A stretch of DNA of 64,000 bases from Rozella allomycis CSF55 (taxonomy: Eukaryota), in the NCBI GenBank assembly GCA_000442015.1, contig KE561347.1:1-64000 (forward strand), given 5' to 3'. Positions 1 to 13,632 of this stretch are shown piece after piece. The position numbers and the translations under genes were made by a program. The number at the start of each line of letters is the position of its first letter. Positions within the stretch are counted from its first letter, which is position 1. Below the pieces are notes generated by a model, which worked only from the letters and a program-made list of their open reading frames with translations, was not told where the DNA came from and searched no databases.

Positions 1-25
1 AGATCAGTTTTCAGAGAAAAATACT

Positions 26-706
26 GTGATTATTGATGATAGTACAGACAAAGTTTGTCAAAATGGTATTAATGCTCATGTTATTCCTGAATACGATTTA
101 AGTAATGCGTCTTACAATGCGCAGAAAGATACCGTTCTATTGCAACTAAAATCTCACCTTGAAAAATGGATTTTGTCAGACTATTGTGATGTAAGTGAAT
201 TTTTTTGCAAGAATTTTGATTATGTTGTCCCGATAGAAAATGCTGAAGGATGTTTAGTCTCGGCACTTGAAACAATGGTATTGACAGATTTAGAACCATC
301 CGTTGATCCAACGGTAAACTTAGTGATACCTAGTGTTTATCCAACCACGATTTTAAATGAATCGGAGTCGCATTCAGAGAATGAATCCTTAAATGCAGTG
401 AATACAGAAGATACTGACCGAGAATTGCTATCGAAGGAACAAAATTTGGATATTAATATAAACTCAAATGCACCAGGAGCGATGCCTATGTCATTGAAGA
501 AGTCTCATGTACAATCAGAAAAAATATTAGGTTTAAACGAGCACCCAGAAATAGATTCTATTTTTAACGAGTCAGATAAGCATAAAAACGACCCAGAAGA
601 ATTGGGTAAACGAAACAATGAAAACATTGTCTCAAAAGAATCATGTGTTCCGGAGCTAAAATTGGACGATCCAGAATTAGAATTGAAAATTACAAGCACG
701 CAGTAG
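26..706 (+). CDS. 3' part of an acidic low-complexity protein of unknown function (5' end probably outside window)
   Basis: 226-aa open frame, E/S/N/D-rich, no recognisable motif. Confidence 0.55.
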   Translation: MIIDDSTDKVCQNGINAHVIPEYDLSNASYNAQKDTVLLQLKSHLEKWILSDYCDVSEFFCKNFDYVVPIENAEGCLVSALETMVLTDLEPSVDPTVNLVIPSVYPTTILNESESHSENESLNAVNTEDTDRELLSKEQNLDININSNAPGAMPMSLKKSHVQSEKILGLNEHPEIDSIFNESDKHKNDPEELGKRNNENIVSKESCVPELKLDDPELELKITSTQ

Positions 707-796
707 ACATTCCAAATAAATTCGGTTTTGTTAACAGTGATTAATTTACGATGATTGTTTCTTTATAGTACAGTGCGATATTTTCATATTTCCAAA

Positions 797-2066
797 ATGA
801 CAAAATCCTCTCTCTTTTACAATATATCCCAGCCTGCTAAAAGTTTAACATCTGTGTATAGTGAGAATGAAAGGCAGCTTTTTCTAGTTGGAACATGTGA
901 TATTCAACAAGACAATGAGGTAAGCAATTTATGGAATTGATTTAGATACATTTGATTGATTATGATGAAGATGAGCATAGATTCTATTCTTCTATCTTTG
1001 ATCATCCAAATGAAGTAATATCTATTGCGTCGTCAAATCACAACTTGAAGCTAATTGCAACTTGTTCATCGCTAGGTATTAAGAAAATTTAGTTAGCTTA
1101 GCGACATCTACATTAAAAGAAGAAAATAGCGCTGATTTATTTCTTTTGTCAGAATGTGATCCGAAAGGCTCCCAAGACAATACATCAGAATTAAAGCCGC
1201 TTGGCAAATTGACATCTAAAAATGATCCTCATGCGTAAAATCTAGTTATTTAAGATTAAAGAGTTATATTTTCTCCTTTTGATGCTAATATTGTCGTCAC
1301 TTTGCACAAATCTAATGCAATTTTGTATTCCATAAAGCAAGGCATAGTAGAAATTGTAACAAGTTAAAGTATAAAATATAAAGGATACTATAAAAAATAA
1401 TAACGTTTCAGGAGAGTGGAAGAAGACGATTTTCCATCCCTCAAAAGAGAATGAACTCTTGATTTCCCACCAAAATAGTATTTCCTTGATAGACATTCGA
1501 TCTCAAGTGTATTTATTTTAATAGGAAGCAAATATTAGTTTCTCGTTGTCATTATCAAGTCAATTCAAGGAGATACGTGATTTCGATGTAAATCCCATGA
1601 GAAGTAATTACATTGCCACCTGCAGCGCGAACGCTGTTGAAATCTGGGACGTTAGAAATTCAAAGACGTCAGTTGAAACTTTAAATCATCATACGCATTG
1701 GTAAATGTAGATTTTTATGAAAGAGAGGATTTGTTCTGTTTCGTTTAATAAATTCCATGACATGCTACTTTTAACTTCCGGAACTGATGGCTTGGTGAAT
1801 TTGGAAAATCTATTCACATATTCGTCGGCAAGTCTTTATGTTACTCAAGATGACCCAGATTTCCAAAATTTCCAGTAAAGGGTTTTCATTGATTTTGTAG
1901 AAAGCCCACAAATGGGTTAGTGAAAAGTTACGATCAATTAGAAGATAGTTGTTACGGTGTATCATGGAGCGCTGTCGACCCTTGGATTTTTGCTGCCCTA
2001 TCTTATGATGGCCGGTTTGTTATAGATCATGTCCCCAAAGAAGAAAAATATAAAATCATACTCTAA
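797..2066 (+). CDS. EIPR1: EARP/GARP-interacting WD40 protein (TSSC1/EIPR1), multi-exon
   Basis: N-term FYNISQPAKSL..FLVGTCDIQQDNE and C-term EDSCYGVSWSAVDPWIFAALSYDGRFVIDHVPKEEKYKIIL* match the family; short GT-AG introns. Confidence 0.85.
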
Positions 2067-2069
2067 TTT

Positions 2070-3131
2070 TTATTGTTATTTTCGTTTTGAAAAACTTGTT
2101 CCCGCCCTCGTAGGTGCTAATGACGCTTCGTTAAATTAATGCAATTTAGTTACTAGTTGTGGACATTGTATCCAAAAGTAAGCGCAATGCATTCAAATCT
2201 AAGTTGTCAATATGAATTAATTTTTACCAAACATCTCTGGTGATTGCATCGGTTTAGAAACCAGCTCGATTTTATCCTGTATCAATTTAGCCTTTGGTTT
2301 AGTTTGTACAGTCTTTTTAATACATGAAGCTGGAATCTGCCCTACTAAAACACATGGAAACCTTTCTGCGAGTACTTTAAGACCTCCAGATAAAATATAG
2401 ACGTTGCAAAATTCCCTTTGGGCATAGAAGGTAGCCACCGTTTGGGCTAGAGTTTCATCTTCGTCGTAGAATACGATAAATCTATCTTCCTTGTTTTTCT
2501 AATCAAATATCCAACGAATATTTACGTATTTGAAAATGTCAGCAGGTACTGTTCCTCTCTTAATGGCTGCATGAGGGTAATGTGCCGCTAAAAATAGTAA
2601 TTAGAAGAAATACCTCCAAGAATGTGACATTTTTCAAAACATTCTCTGTCTCGGACATCAAGTAAAAGCAAAGGAGGGTCGTCATCTGTAATTATCCAAT
2701 TCGATCCAGCGTCAGTTTCTTCTTCTGTATGTAAAAATTCATTTAGTAGACCATTCCTTTTAGATTCTGCTACTTGGTTGGTTATTTTTGGCGCGACAGA
2801 GTTAGAAACTATCGTCATTGATTTTTTATCTCGTTCAATTAAAACGTTTGAGCATAAACACACCTGCAATATAAAAGTAGCCAAGGTTGATGCCTTCATT
2901 CGTTGAAAAATTTCATTTTCTTGAAACTTATAGTCTTTTATCATTGTATATTGTAGCGTTACTAGTCGCTCGTTCGGAAAGTCTCTTTAGGTATCTAGAT
3001 AAACTTTGTCCGGTATCCACAATTGGCTCAAAGTTTTCATATCTTGGATTTTTCTTTATAGGTATATTTTTCTTGACAATTAGAATTAACTTTGTTACTT
3101 TGGGTGCGGATTTTACAGAAGATTTCAACAT
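2070..3131 (-). CDS. CEP41: Centrosomal protein 41 (rhodanese-like domain), multi-exon; 3' end approximate
   Basis: IPIKKNPRYENFEPIVDTGQS, EIFQRMKASTLATFILQV, LLLLDVRDRECFEKCHILG, FIVFYDEDE, NVYILSGGLKVLAERFP. Confidence 0.85.
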
Positions 3132-3298
3132 TTGCACAAAATTGAAATTTCTGCGTTGCTGTGTTGTGTAACAAATAAAATATTCTTTCAAGTCCAAACA
3201 ATAGATTTTTCATTAGCAATAAAAATATCATATATTCGATTCAATTCTTTCATTCAGAAATTTGATAGTTTCTTTGAGAATTTTGCTCGACAATCTAC

Positions 3299-6200
3299 AT
3301 GGAAAAGCAGCGAGTTATTTTCAAATACAACGCAATTTGTCATAGACTGTATAATTCGAATGAAAAGGATTCTTTAAACAAACTATCACACCTATTTTTT
3401 CCTTTGGCCACTTCGTTGGAGCCCTTTCGGAAAGCACAGGTGACAGACCTGGAACCAGATGATATCGTTTTTAAAGAATATATACAAGAACCTGTAAACT
3501 TTGTTGAATTTTGTTGCCTTTCTTTTATTCCTGGGACAGACCTTATATGGTTGCAATATTTCATTTGTACGGTATTGATGGAAGCATTTATTACTAAATG
3601 CTTTGATAGGCTTGAAGCGGAATCAATAAAAGCTTTGAGTAATTTTGATATATTGCATTAAGAGGAAATAGTATTTGCAACTGCATCTCTAACGATTTGC
3701 CGGGTTTTGCACAAAACGCATTTAATTCGGTATTGGCTTTGATTATCAAAAAATCATGGAAGAAAATTGATGAAAAAGACGGCGACGAATTTGTGGAAAA
3801 TATTATAGCAATGGTATGAATTTTATTATATCCGGAGATCATTAGAATCAGTATAAAACCCTAAAGGCTATAATTGAACGATTTTCAAATCATAATGAAA
3901 TCTTTTCTATTACCGAAAAGAGGTATATGAATGTCTTCAAAGAAAAATGGATTTCCCGAATATTTGTTTGTACTGTCGGAGCAATAAAATCAAATAACTT
4001 GAATAATGATCTCATAGATATAATAACGTTATGCTTAAAATATGATATGAGGGATATTGAAGACTCTGATGAAACTGATTACGAGAGTATCTCGGTAACA
4101 ATGATTCGGTTGTGTAAAAGATCCCCTCGTCCTGGAAGAAACATTTGTTAGATTCTAATTTCATGAATTGCGTGAGCCATGGAATACGCCGCTCAGAATA
4201 TTCAAGTTCTGTAAAATTCTTAAAATTGGATTACTTTTTAGATCTTGAGGCTTGTTTGTGCAATGATTTCAATTAAGAAAAATAGTGTTTTTCGTTCAGA
4301 GGAAAGAGTGCGATTCTTAAATTGGTTGATTGATGTGATTACTAACGGGATGACTGACCCTGGTAATTAATTGATTTTTTCGTCAAAGCTAANTTTGATG
4401 TGATTATTAACGGGATGACTGACCCTGGTAATTAATTGATTTTTTCGTCAAAGCTAATTTAAAAGAGCTTTTGCATGCCTTTCATATCATTTCAAAGTTC
4501 ATATCAGTGCAAGAATTGTTTACCTTGTCTAAACATGAGACAATAATTAATACGTTGTTAGAGCTAACAGAGTTGTTTATAAGCAATAATGACTTGGTAC
4601 AAAACATCCATAGCTATTATAGTTTGAAGTTTGTGAGCTTTCTACAATATTTTCGACGTGGCGAAATTGGTGCATAAATTTAAAAGAGAATGAGTATTTG
4701 ACACTAAAAAATGCATCAAGAAAGGTTATTTAAATCAATAGTTCTAAGAAAGGCACTATTTAATTTTATTAACTCTTCACTTCTCTCTCCACACGTAAAT
4801 GATGTGGATTATTCAAACAATGAAATCTTAAATTTTTTTGAATTGGTTAAGGGTTTAATTTACGTTCACAAATCAAGCATCCGGGAAGACTTGAATTATT
4901 TCTTTCAAGGCATTTTAAATCAATGGAATGAAAAGCAAGGGATTTTCTTGATTTTTCTTTGTTCGGCTGGCCTAAACCATAACCATACCAATAAGGATGA
5001 GTATCAGTCATTTGATGCCTTTATTGCTTCCAATGTCATTAAACTTTTGCAAAAAATAAGTGACGAAAGAAATTTGTGTTTTACGTCCTTGTATTTTTAT
5101 GAGAATTTTCTCTTCTCCTACTTTGACATGTCTGTGCCATCTTGTCGTCTATTTTTTGACGAATTGTCAAATCATCTAGGCTATCAGGTTAATAATCAAA
5201 ACATGTTTAAAAGCATTTTCGATCAAATGTAGATTTATTAATGCTTTGTTTACTAGAATTAAATACATATCTACGTCTGATAAGGCAATCGACATAATAT
5301 CCAGCTTGTGTCAATCAAATGTACTTTCCAAGCAAATTGAAGAAATAATAACACGAGAAAAGTTTTTCTCCACATTTACGCTTTCCCAAATACCCCTGAA
5401 ATCTCGCTCAAAAATATGTGCAGCGTTTACAGGTGTCATTCAANATGTGTCAATCAAATGTACTCTCTAAGCAAATTGAAGAAATAATTACACGAGAAAA
5501 GTTTTTCTCCACATTTAAGCTTTCCCAAATACCCCTGAAATTCCGCTCAAAAATATGTGCAGCTTTTACAGGTGTCATTCAACATAACCGCGCAGCTTTT
5601 TACGAGCTATTATTTCAGATCGAAAAAGAATTCGAAATTGATGTAATTAATCAATTTATTTAATATATGATTATAGCCTCAATAAAAGGCATTGAGGGGA
5701 TCTCTGTGAAGCTAACAGGAGAATTATTTGAAGATTTTGTTGAATGGAGTTTATTAATGATTGATAAAGCAATGAATACAAATTTTAACAATGATGAATT
5801 GATTATTTCTTTATTGAAACTGCTTTCAAAAATGTCGCTAAACAAAAGCCAAAGACTTTCTTCTGCAAGACATCCATATGGAAATTTCTTTCTAAAACAA
5901 GGATCTTCTTTGTTCAATACTTCAAGTATTTTTATTTAATGTTTATTAACTTTTAGATCAAAGCAAGAATGACAAAATTGAATACAAAATAAAGGTCTTA
6001 AAACATTCCCTTTCAATACTACGAAATTTAATTTTGGGAAAGTATGTCGATCTTCGATTACCCAAATTGTATGGCGATTCCACTTTNTAAAATTGAATAC
6101 AAAATAAAGGTCTTAAAACATTCACTTATAATACTACGAAATTTAATCCTAGGAAAGTATGTCGATCTTCGATTACCCAAATTGTATGGCGATTCCACTT

Positions 6201-7210
6201 TNCGGAATTTTCTTTCTTAGACAAGGATCTTCTGTGTTCAATACTTCAAGTATTCTTATTTAATGTTTATTAACTTTTAGATCAAAGCAAGAATGACAAA
6301 ATTGAATACAAAATAAAGGTCTTAAAACATTCCCTTTCAATACTACGAAATTTAATTTTGGGAAAGTATGTCGATCTTCGATTACCCAAATTGTATGGCG
6401 ATTCCACTTTCACCGAATGGTTAAAATCAACTATAGAAAACTGTTTATCAATCCCACCAAATGAATTCTTGGGATATAAAAGTCTTTGTGAGACTTTTTG
6501 TGATTTCATGGAATATTTTATTCAAGATTATTTTGAAGAATTGAACTTATTGCCAAAGCCTCTAATTTCGTCTCTTTTGAAACATTTAACATTTCTATTC
6601 GAGTATTCAAATGATAATAATTTTCTAAACTCTTCGCTATTGTCAATTTTCGAAAGTATTTTAACCAAATACTTGAATAGCCTGTTTGAAAAGCAAAATA
6701 CTTTCGCTTTAAAGCGTCATTCGTTTTTTATTCCAAAAACTGAATTATTTGAAATTATTTCATCTGATAATGAGTTTGTTATACAGTGGTCCACAATTGC
6801 TATTGAAAGAATCTTAATGGTAAATTGCAATCATTTCTGGGGATTTTCCAGGGTCTTGTATCTATTGATATTGATTTATCCTGAAGTAATAAAAATCAAA
6901 ATATACTATAAGATTGTGCATAAGGTAATTATAAGTGCCTGTGAAAGTTACAAACTACGGTATCAAGACTTTGAAATCATCCTAAATGACACATTGGCTG
7001 AACCAAATAAGACTCTAGAAACGGTTCTTTCAGAAAAAGAAAAAGAAAAATTCACTCAAAAAGTTTCCGAATTACGTTCCAACTTGTTGGGNCCTGAATG
7101 ACACATTGGCTCAACCAAATAAGACTCTAGACACGGTTCTTTCAGAAAAAGAAAAGGAAAAATTCACTCAAAAAGTTTCCGAATTACGTTCCAACTTGTT
7201 GGGTCAATAA
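3299..7210 (+). CDS. XPO7: Exportin-7/RanBP17-like karyopherin, multi-exon, with internal assembly duplications
   Basis: C-terminal GKYVDLRLPKLYGDSTF..LSIPPNEFLGYKSL, WGFSRVLYLLILIYPE and KEKFTQKVSELRSNL resemble the XPO7 C-terminus; helical HEAT-like composition. Confidence 0.75.
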
Positions 7211-7256
7211 AATCTGAATCCACATTCCATATGCATTAATTTATTTACTACAAAAT

Positions 7257-7782
7257 TCATGAGCAACTAACTTTTCTTTTTTGACGTTTCCTCCAGCATT
7301 CCCTTTCAAAGTCAATCTCAAAAATTAAAAAAGTTTCAGTTTTCCTGTTTAGGTCATCATACTCGATCTTTTCCTCTAACAAAATGTCCAGCTGACTCGC
7401 CATATCATCTGGCTTTTCATAGTTTCCTTCGAGTACTTGTGCGATAATCTCCTTTTCTTTTTCAGACACATTGGATCCCTGCACCAAAGCATCCACTACG
7501 GACTTGGGTGGAGGTGCTTCTCTTTGTTCTTCCTTTTGTTTTCTCCTTCTTCTTTCTGATTTGACCTTTTTTGGTTTTGAAACTTTCTTCTTTTCACATT
7601 TTGGAGGATCTTTGTCTGCTTCCTGAGCTTTGGACAATAATTTGAGACTGTCTTCCAAATCCAATGCACTAGTTAATGGTTTTTGCTTGTAATTTTTAAC
7701 AGCTTGCAATGCATCCTGTTTTTGACTATTTTCTCTCAAATTAACATTGAAATAGCTTACCTTTAAACAAGCAAAAATCCAT
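7257..7782 (-). CDS. Hypothetical K/E-rich protein
   Basis: 160-aa ORF plus a probable short first exon (ATGGATTTTTGC...AAAG|GTAAGC). Confidence 0.55.
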
Positions 7783-7821
7783 GGGAATGCTAAACTTTAA
7801 GTCTATTTTATACCGAAAATT

Positions 7822-9916
7822 ATGAAAGTACTCTGGACTCCCGTTTTAGTATGTATCACAGCATTTTCTACCAGAAAACGCATGCATTGCGATCAATTAG
7901 ACAATCCATATAAATGGAAACCAAATCAATTCGCGCAATTATCATACCAAATTTCATCACCAATTAATCGCTCGAACATAAGATGGCTAATGTTCAAGAG
8001 ATGGATAATTAGACCACAAATGAATGTGTTTCTTTTTCTAGCGATCTCTGCTACATCGATTGGCGGTTCCTTGGCCTCATTGTACATTCCTAAATCTATT
8101 GCGTCAATGTTGTTGCTGGGAGATAATAATATGAACATGAAATCCCGCCCAATCCTAAGATGCTTGTCTTTACTGCTAATGCAGGGTAGGCTAGTTCTTT
8201 GAACCTGGACAATAGGTGTCTGTAACACTCTCTCAGCTGTTGTGGTTAGCCTTTTGACAGAATCCATAGCTCATAAGATGAGAATCGACCTAATGAAAAA
8301 CTATATTTATCAAAACGCCGATTTTTATGATTCCAACAATTCTCAAGAACTTGTTCAAAATATTACAAATGACATTAAAGAATTTAAGCAAGGGCTTAAG
8401 AAATGCATAACACAGGTAATTGAGACACATCTATATCACAGGGACTATATTGCACAACCCAATTATTTGCGGGTTTGAAAATTTTGTATTCCATCTCACC
8501 ACTTTTAACAAATCTATTCATGGCTACCCTGCCAACATTATATGTCATAGGATCTATGTATGGAGTCAAAATTCGTTCATTGATTTCAAATTTAAAGAAG
8601 GGTGAATTATGCACGGTTACAACCTCCGAACAGGTGTGTAAGATATGATTGAGATAGTTCAGATATTGGCGAACAATAGAGTGGTGAAATCATTCAGCGC
8701 CGAAGAATACGAACTGGACAAGTTTCAAATTGTTAGCCAAGATCTTCAAAATCAGTCCATGCTGTTAGGAACTCATTTTGGCATTTTCCAAAGTTTGAGC
8801 GGGCTCGCTGTTAATGGTGTTGCAATAGGCATGATTATATTCTCCCGGTATTTTCTTGGAGCTAATGAATTAATGGATAAAGATCTATTCACATTCCTAA
8901 CCGCTTCCCAAGCGACGCAAAAAGCATTCAGTAACTACTCTATATTGTACTAATTTGGATAGTCTAAGTTCAATATTATTTACAGGTTTAAAGACCAAGC
9001 AAACCTTTATAAAAATTGCAGATGCAATGTCTCACACACCGGCAGATATTTATCAAGGATTATACTTGAAAGACATTAATGGAGATATTTCATTCAAAGA
9101 TGTTACATTCTCATACAAAGGAAGGAAAGACAATAAAGTTCTTGATGGCATAAACCTGGATATAAAGGCAGGCCAGGTGGTGGCCCTGTGTGGTTTATCT
9201 GGTAGTGGAAAATCCACAATAGTCGGAGTAAATGGATTATTTTTTAGAAACTAATAGTTGATAGAAAAGTTTTACGAATGCAAGGACGGCAATGTTCTGA
9301 TTGATGGAATTGATATTGGGACAGTATCTACCAGGTAACTAACGCACTATGTTATAATTAGATCATTGAGATCTCAAATAGGGTGTATCCATCAGGAGCC
9401 TGTCCTGTTCAATACAACGATAAAGGACAACATATCGTATGGCGTGGATCGATCCATTGATGAAATTGAAAATGCAGCAAGACTGGCCAACGCCCATGAC
9501 TTTATAATGAAATTAGAGAATGGTTACGACACCCTAGTCGGAGAGCGTGGAAGTAAATTGTCAGGGGGACAAAGACAGAGAATTGCCATCGCCCGCGCAG
9601 TAATCTCGAATCCTTCCATTCTGATTCTTGATGAAGCGACCTCGGCACTGGACTGTAAATGATATTTTTTATTCTTTTATAGCGCATTCTGAGCGACTTG
9701 TTCAAGATGCAATAGACAATATTAGCAAAGGGAAGACGGTATTGGTTATTGCCCATAAACTAAACACTGTGAAAAGAGCGGATAATATTTTCGTGTTGAA
9801 GGAGGGCAAAATAATTGAGAAAGGTAATAGACGTTTCTGATTATATTAAAGGAACTCATGATGAATTAGTTGCATTGAATGGTCATTATTGTAATTTATA
9901 CCAACAATTAATATAA
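7822..9916 (+). CDS. ABCB half transporter, mitochondrial ABCB8/ABCB10/Mdl1-like, multi-exon
   Basis: TM domain, Walker [11 protein letters not shown]-loop [11 protein letters not shown], signature [14 protein letters not shown], Walker [14 protein letters not shown]-loop IAHKL, C-term GTHDEL. Confidence 0.9.
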
Positions 9917-10106
9917 ATATGTATTTAAAATCTTGATATCATTCTATCCCAACTTTTCAATGTCTTATAACTTCTAGATTCAAAACTCCACGATTTAGAT
10001 TAGAACTTCTCAAAGATCTTCCTTTTATTTTTAATCTTCCATCCAATTTAATGAAATAGTGTAATATTTTTCAATTCATCCCTTCTCGAATAAATGACCC
10101 TTGCAA

Positions 10107-13100
10107 ATGTCCAAGCGAAAAATCCCTCAAACATTTTCCAAAAATCCGCGAAAATCAACATCCACAGTGCAAACGCGTCTAGATTCCGTGGCCTCCGCCC
10201 TTAGCTGCACTACATTTGAGATTGAAAACATTACTGTGAAATTTCCATACGAGCCATACGATGTGCAGCGCGACATGATGAAGCTGGTAACAATAACTAA
10301 AACATGTGAATAGATGATCCAAGCGTTTAAATCTGGCCAGAATGCGTTATTGGAGTCGCCAACAGGCACTGGCAAATCGCTGTCGATATTGTGTGCGTCG
10401 CTGGCATGGCATGAGAGTCTGAGGGGTTTGAAGGGTGAGGAGAAGCGGGTGAAGCTTCCAAAGATATATGTTGGGTCTCGGACGCATAAGCAGTTGAAGC
10501 AGATGATTAGGGAGCTCAAGGAGAAGACGCCGTATCGGCCAAAGATGGCGATCCTTGGCAGCAGGGATTTCCTGTGTATTGAGCCTGATGTGATGAGTTC
10601 TGTGAACAAGTCTGAAGAGTGTTTGAGCCGGCTGCGGTTTGAGGACAGAGTTGTGAAGAATGCTGATGGGTAAGTGGATTGTTGTTGTTGGATGTAGGAG
10701 CGAGAGTCGGCAGGTTAGAAAGTGTGAGTATTATAGAACGTTCAAGGATGATGTTCCGCCTATTTGGGATATTGAGGATTTGGTGAAGATTGGGGAGAAG
10801 AAGAAAGGGTGTCCGTATTTTACTGCGCGGGAGATATTGGAGGAAGCGACGATAATATTTTGCCCGTATAATTATATTGTGGATCCGAGTATTTAAATTA
10901 ATTGTTGATAAAAGTGATTAGAAAGACGATGGATATTGAGTTGAAGGGGAATGTGTTGATTATTGATGAGGCTCATAATATTGAAGATGTTGCTAGAGAT
11001 GCAGCGTCGTTTATAGTTAAGCAGGAGAATTTGGTTGCGGCTATTTTGGCGCTTGAAAAAATAATTGTAAAGAATTCATCGTTGGGGTCGGCGTATGCGG
11101 ATGTGAAGAGTATTCTGGCATCGTTTAATAATTTTATGAAATCAGATTTTCAGTTTGAGAAGCAATCAATTGATAAGAAGAGTACAATGTAAGATTATGA
11201 GGGAAATGTTAGGATAGATGGAACGGGGGTACTATGAGAGAGAAATTAAGAGATTATGGGATAACGCCGTCTTTTATAGAGATTGGAAGGAAAGCGTTGC
11301 AAAAGATAATTTCTGAAATTTCTAAAAATGATTCTCAAGGGCGAAGATTTAAGTTTGACAAGGAGGAAGAGACGATTGAAGTTTATGAGAATGAAATAAA
11401 CAATATGACGATAACATTTATAGAATCATTGTTGATATCGTTTAGCAATTTGTTTAATGAAGAGTATAAGAATGATTTCAAGTTGATATTGAGTGAATGT
11501 ATGATTAGGAATAAGCAAGGACAAAAGACTATTGGAATGAATAATAAATTGAGTGATTTTCACGTTGAAAGAGAGTTTCAATTTCTGTGTTTGAATGCCA
11601 GGGTTATATTTAATGAAATTTCAGAATGCAAAAGTATAATTTTAGCGTCAGGAACATTGTCGCCAATGAATACATTTGCTGGTGAATTGGGAGTAGAGTT
11701 CCCGTTGAGATTGGAGGGGAAGCATGTGATAGAAAAGAATAGAGTATGGGTTGGGNTGCCAATGAATACGTTTGCTGGTGAATTGGGAGTAGAGTTCCCT
11801 TTGAGATTAGAGGGGAAGCATGTGATAGAAAAGAATAGAGTGTGGGTTGGAGTTAATCCGTTTGGCAAGAATGGAGGGTTGTTGCATGGAACGTTTAAGA
11901 ATACCGAAACGCTGGAATATCAAGATGAGATTGGAAAAATTATTTTAGAAATTGTAGAAAAGGTGCCATTTGGAGTTTTATGTTTTGTGACATCGTATAG
12001 TTTTCTGGATAAGGTTTTGGAGAGATGGAAGAATACTGGAATTTTAGAAGAAATAAAAAAGAGAAAATATATTTTCAAGGAACCCAAATCTGTGGATAAG
12101 ATTGGATTTGAGAAATTGTTGAATCAATATGAAAAGAAATTAGATTGTGGCTTGACTAGAGATCTAAAAAAAGATTCAAAGAAAGATTTGAAGAATGGGT
12201 GTTTATTTTTTGCAGTTTTTAGAGGCAAAGTTAGTGAAGGGATGGATTTTAGAGACAACAATTGTAGAGCTGTAATATCAATTGGAATTCCATATCCATC
12301 AGTGACAGATATGCAAGTATCATTGAAAAAGGATTATAATAATAAATATTCAAAGATGAGAAATTTGTTGAATGGAAGGGAGTGGTATGAAATTCAAGCG
12401 TTTAGAGCGATTAATCAAGCGTTGGGAAGGTGTATTAGACATAAAAATGATTGGGGAGCCATTTTGATTCTTGATGATCGATTTAGAAATAAATCAATGA
12501 GAGATAAATTGTCTAAATGGGTTAATCAAAATTCTATTGTTTATTCTTCCTTCAATGACACATTGTCTTCTCTTAATACTTTTATTCAATCAAACAGAAC
12601 ACAAAAGGCTTTGGAATTGGAGGTTTTTAAATCAGAGGGTTGTAAAGTGGAGTATAAATCAGAGGCGTGTAAAATAGAGTGTAGTGATGATAAGAGTGAA
12701 GTCAAGACAAGTAATGATAAAGGGCTTGCTGTTGAGAGTACAAGTGAGGTTATGGGCGCTACTGTTAATGATGATAAAGACAATGTCCATAAGGATGAAA
12801 ATATTTCAGTTGTTGATAGTGATGATGATTTCGTTCCAAAAAGAAAAAAGATTAATTTTCAAGATTACTCTTTCAATTCAAATTTAAATTCAAATACAAA
12901 TATAAATTCAAATATAAATTCAACTTCAAACTCAGATACAAATGAAACACCAAAAAGTAATAAAACTTTGAAATCTTTACCTCTGATGACACCAACAACA
13001 AAAGCCCTCCAACAAACAGTTTCATCACCATCAACTAGCCCTCAAATAAGATCAGTGATAACGTGTCTCCAATGCAACAAACTATTATTTCAATTCCCAT

Positions 13101-13552
13101 TCAAACCCTTCAACAAAGACACTTCCTACTCTCACCTAACATGGGAATCAATTCAATTCTCTTTTCTTTCTAAAATTCAAAACAAAATCCAAACGAGAAT
13201 CGATAATTCATTCCTCTCTTCAAACTCTCTTTCAAATAATCTAAAAGATCAAAATGTTTTGCTTGTTTGCAATCACTCATCCTCAAATCAAATCCACGTT
13301 GTTCCTGCTGTCCCTTCAAGCTCAATAGCTTTGGAAATTTCTGAAAATATTCTGGATTGTTTATTTGATTCTGAATCTCAAGTTTGTTTCTCTTTAGTGT
13401 CTTGTAAATGGTGTCAACAAGCACCCCTGTTCTGTCATCCCATGGATGCTATCGTTGGTGTAAAAATGACAAGCAAATCTTTCAGTTTTAATGATTTTGT
13501 ATTTCTATTTCCAAACGCTATCAAAAGTACTGATTTCTTTAAAGGTTTATAA
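10107..13552 (+). CDS. XPD-family Fe-S DNA helicase, FANCJ/BRIP1 (or RTEL1)-like
   Basis: [10 protein letters not shown]-motif, [17 protein letters not shown], Fe-S cysteines (LCI..EEC..KCEYY..GCPYF), [39 protein letters not shown]. Confidence 0.92.
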
Positions 13553-13632
13553 CAATAACTATTCATGTATTTAATAAAGTCATTTTAGTATAGATTATAA
13601 TTAGAGACTATCATAAAATTTTAAATATGTGT

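Noticed and set aside
11659-11850. Apparent internal tandem repeat in the helicase
   Set aside because: Flanks n11756; assembly overlap, not a protein repeat
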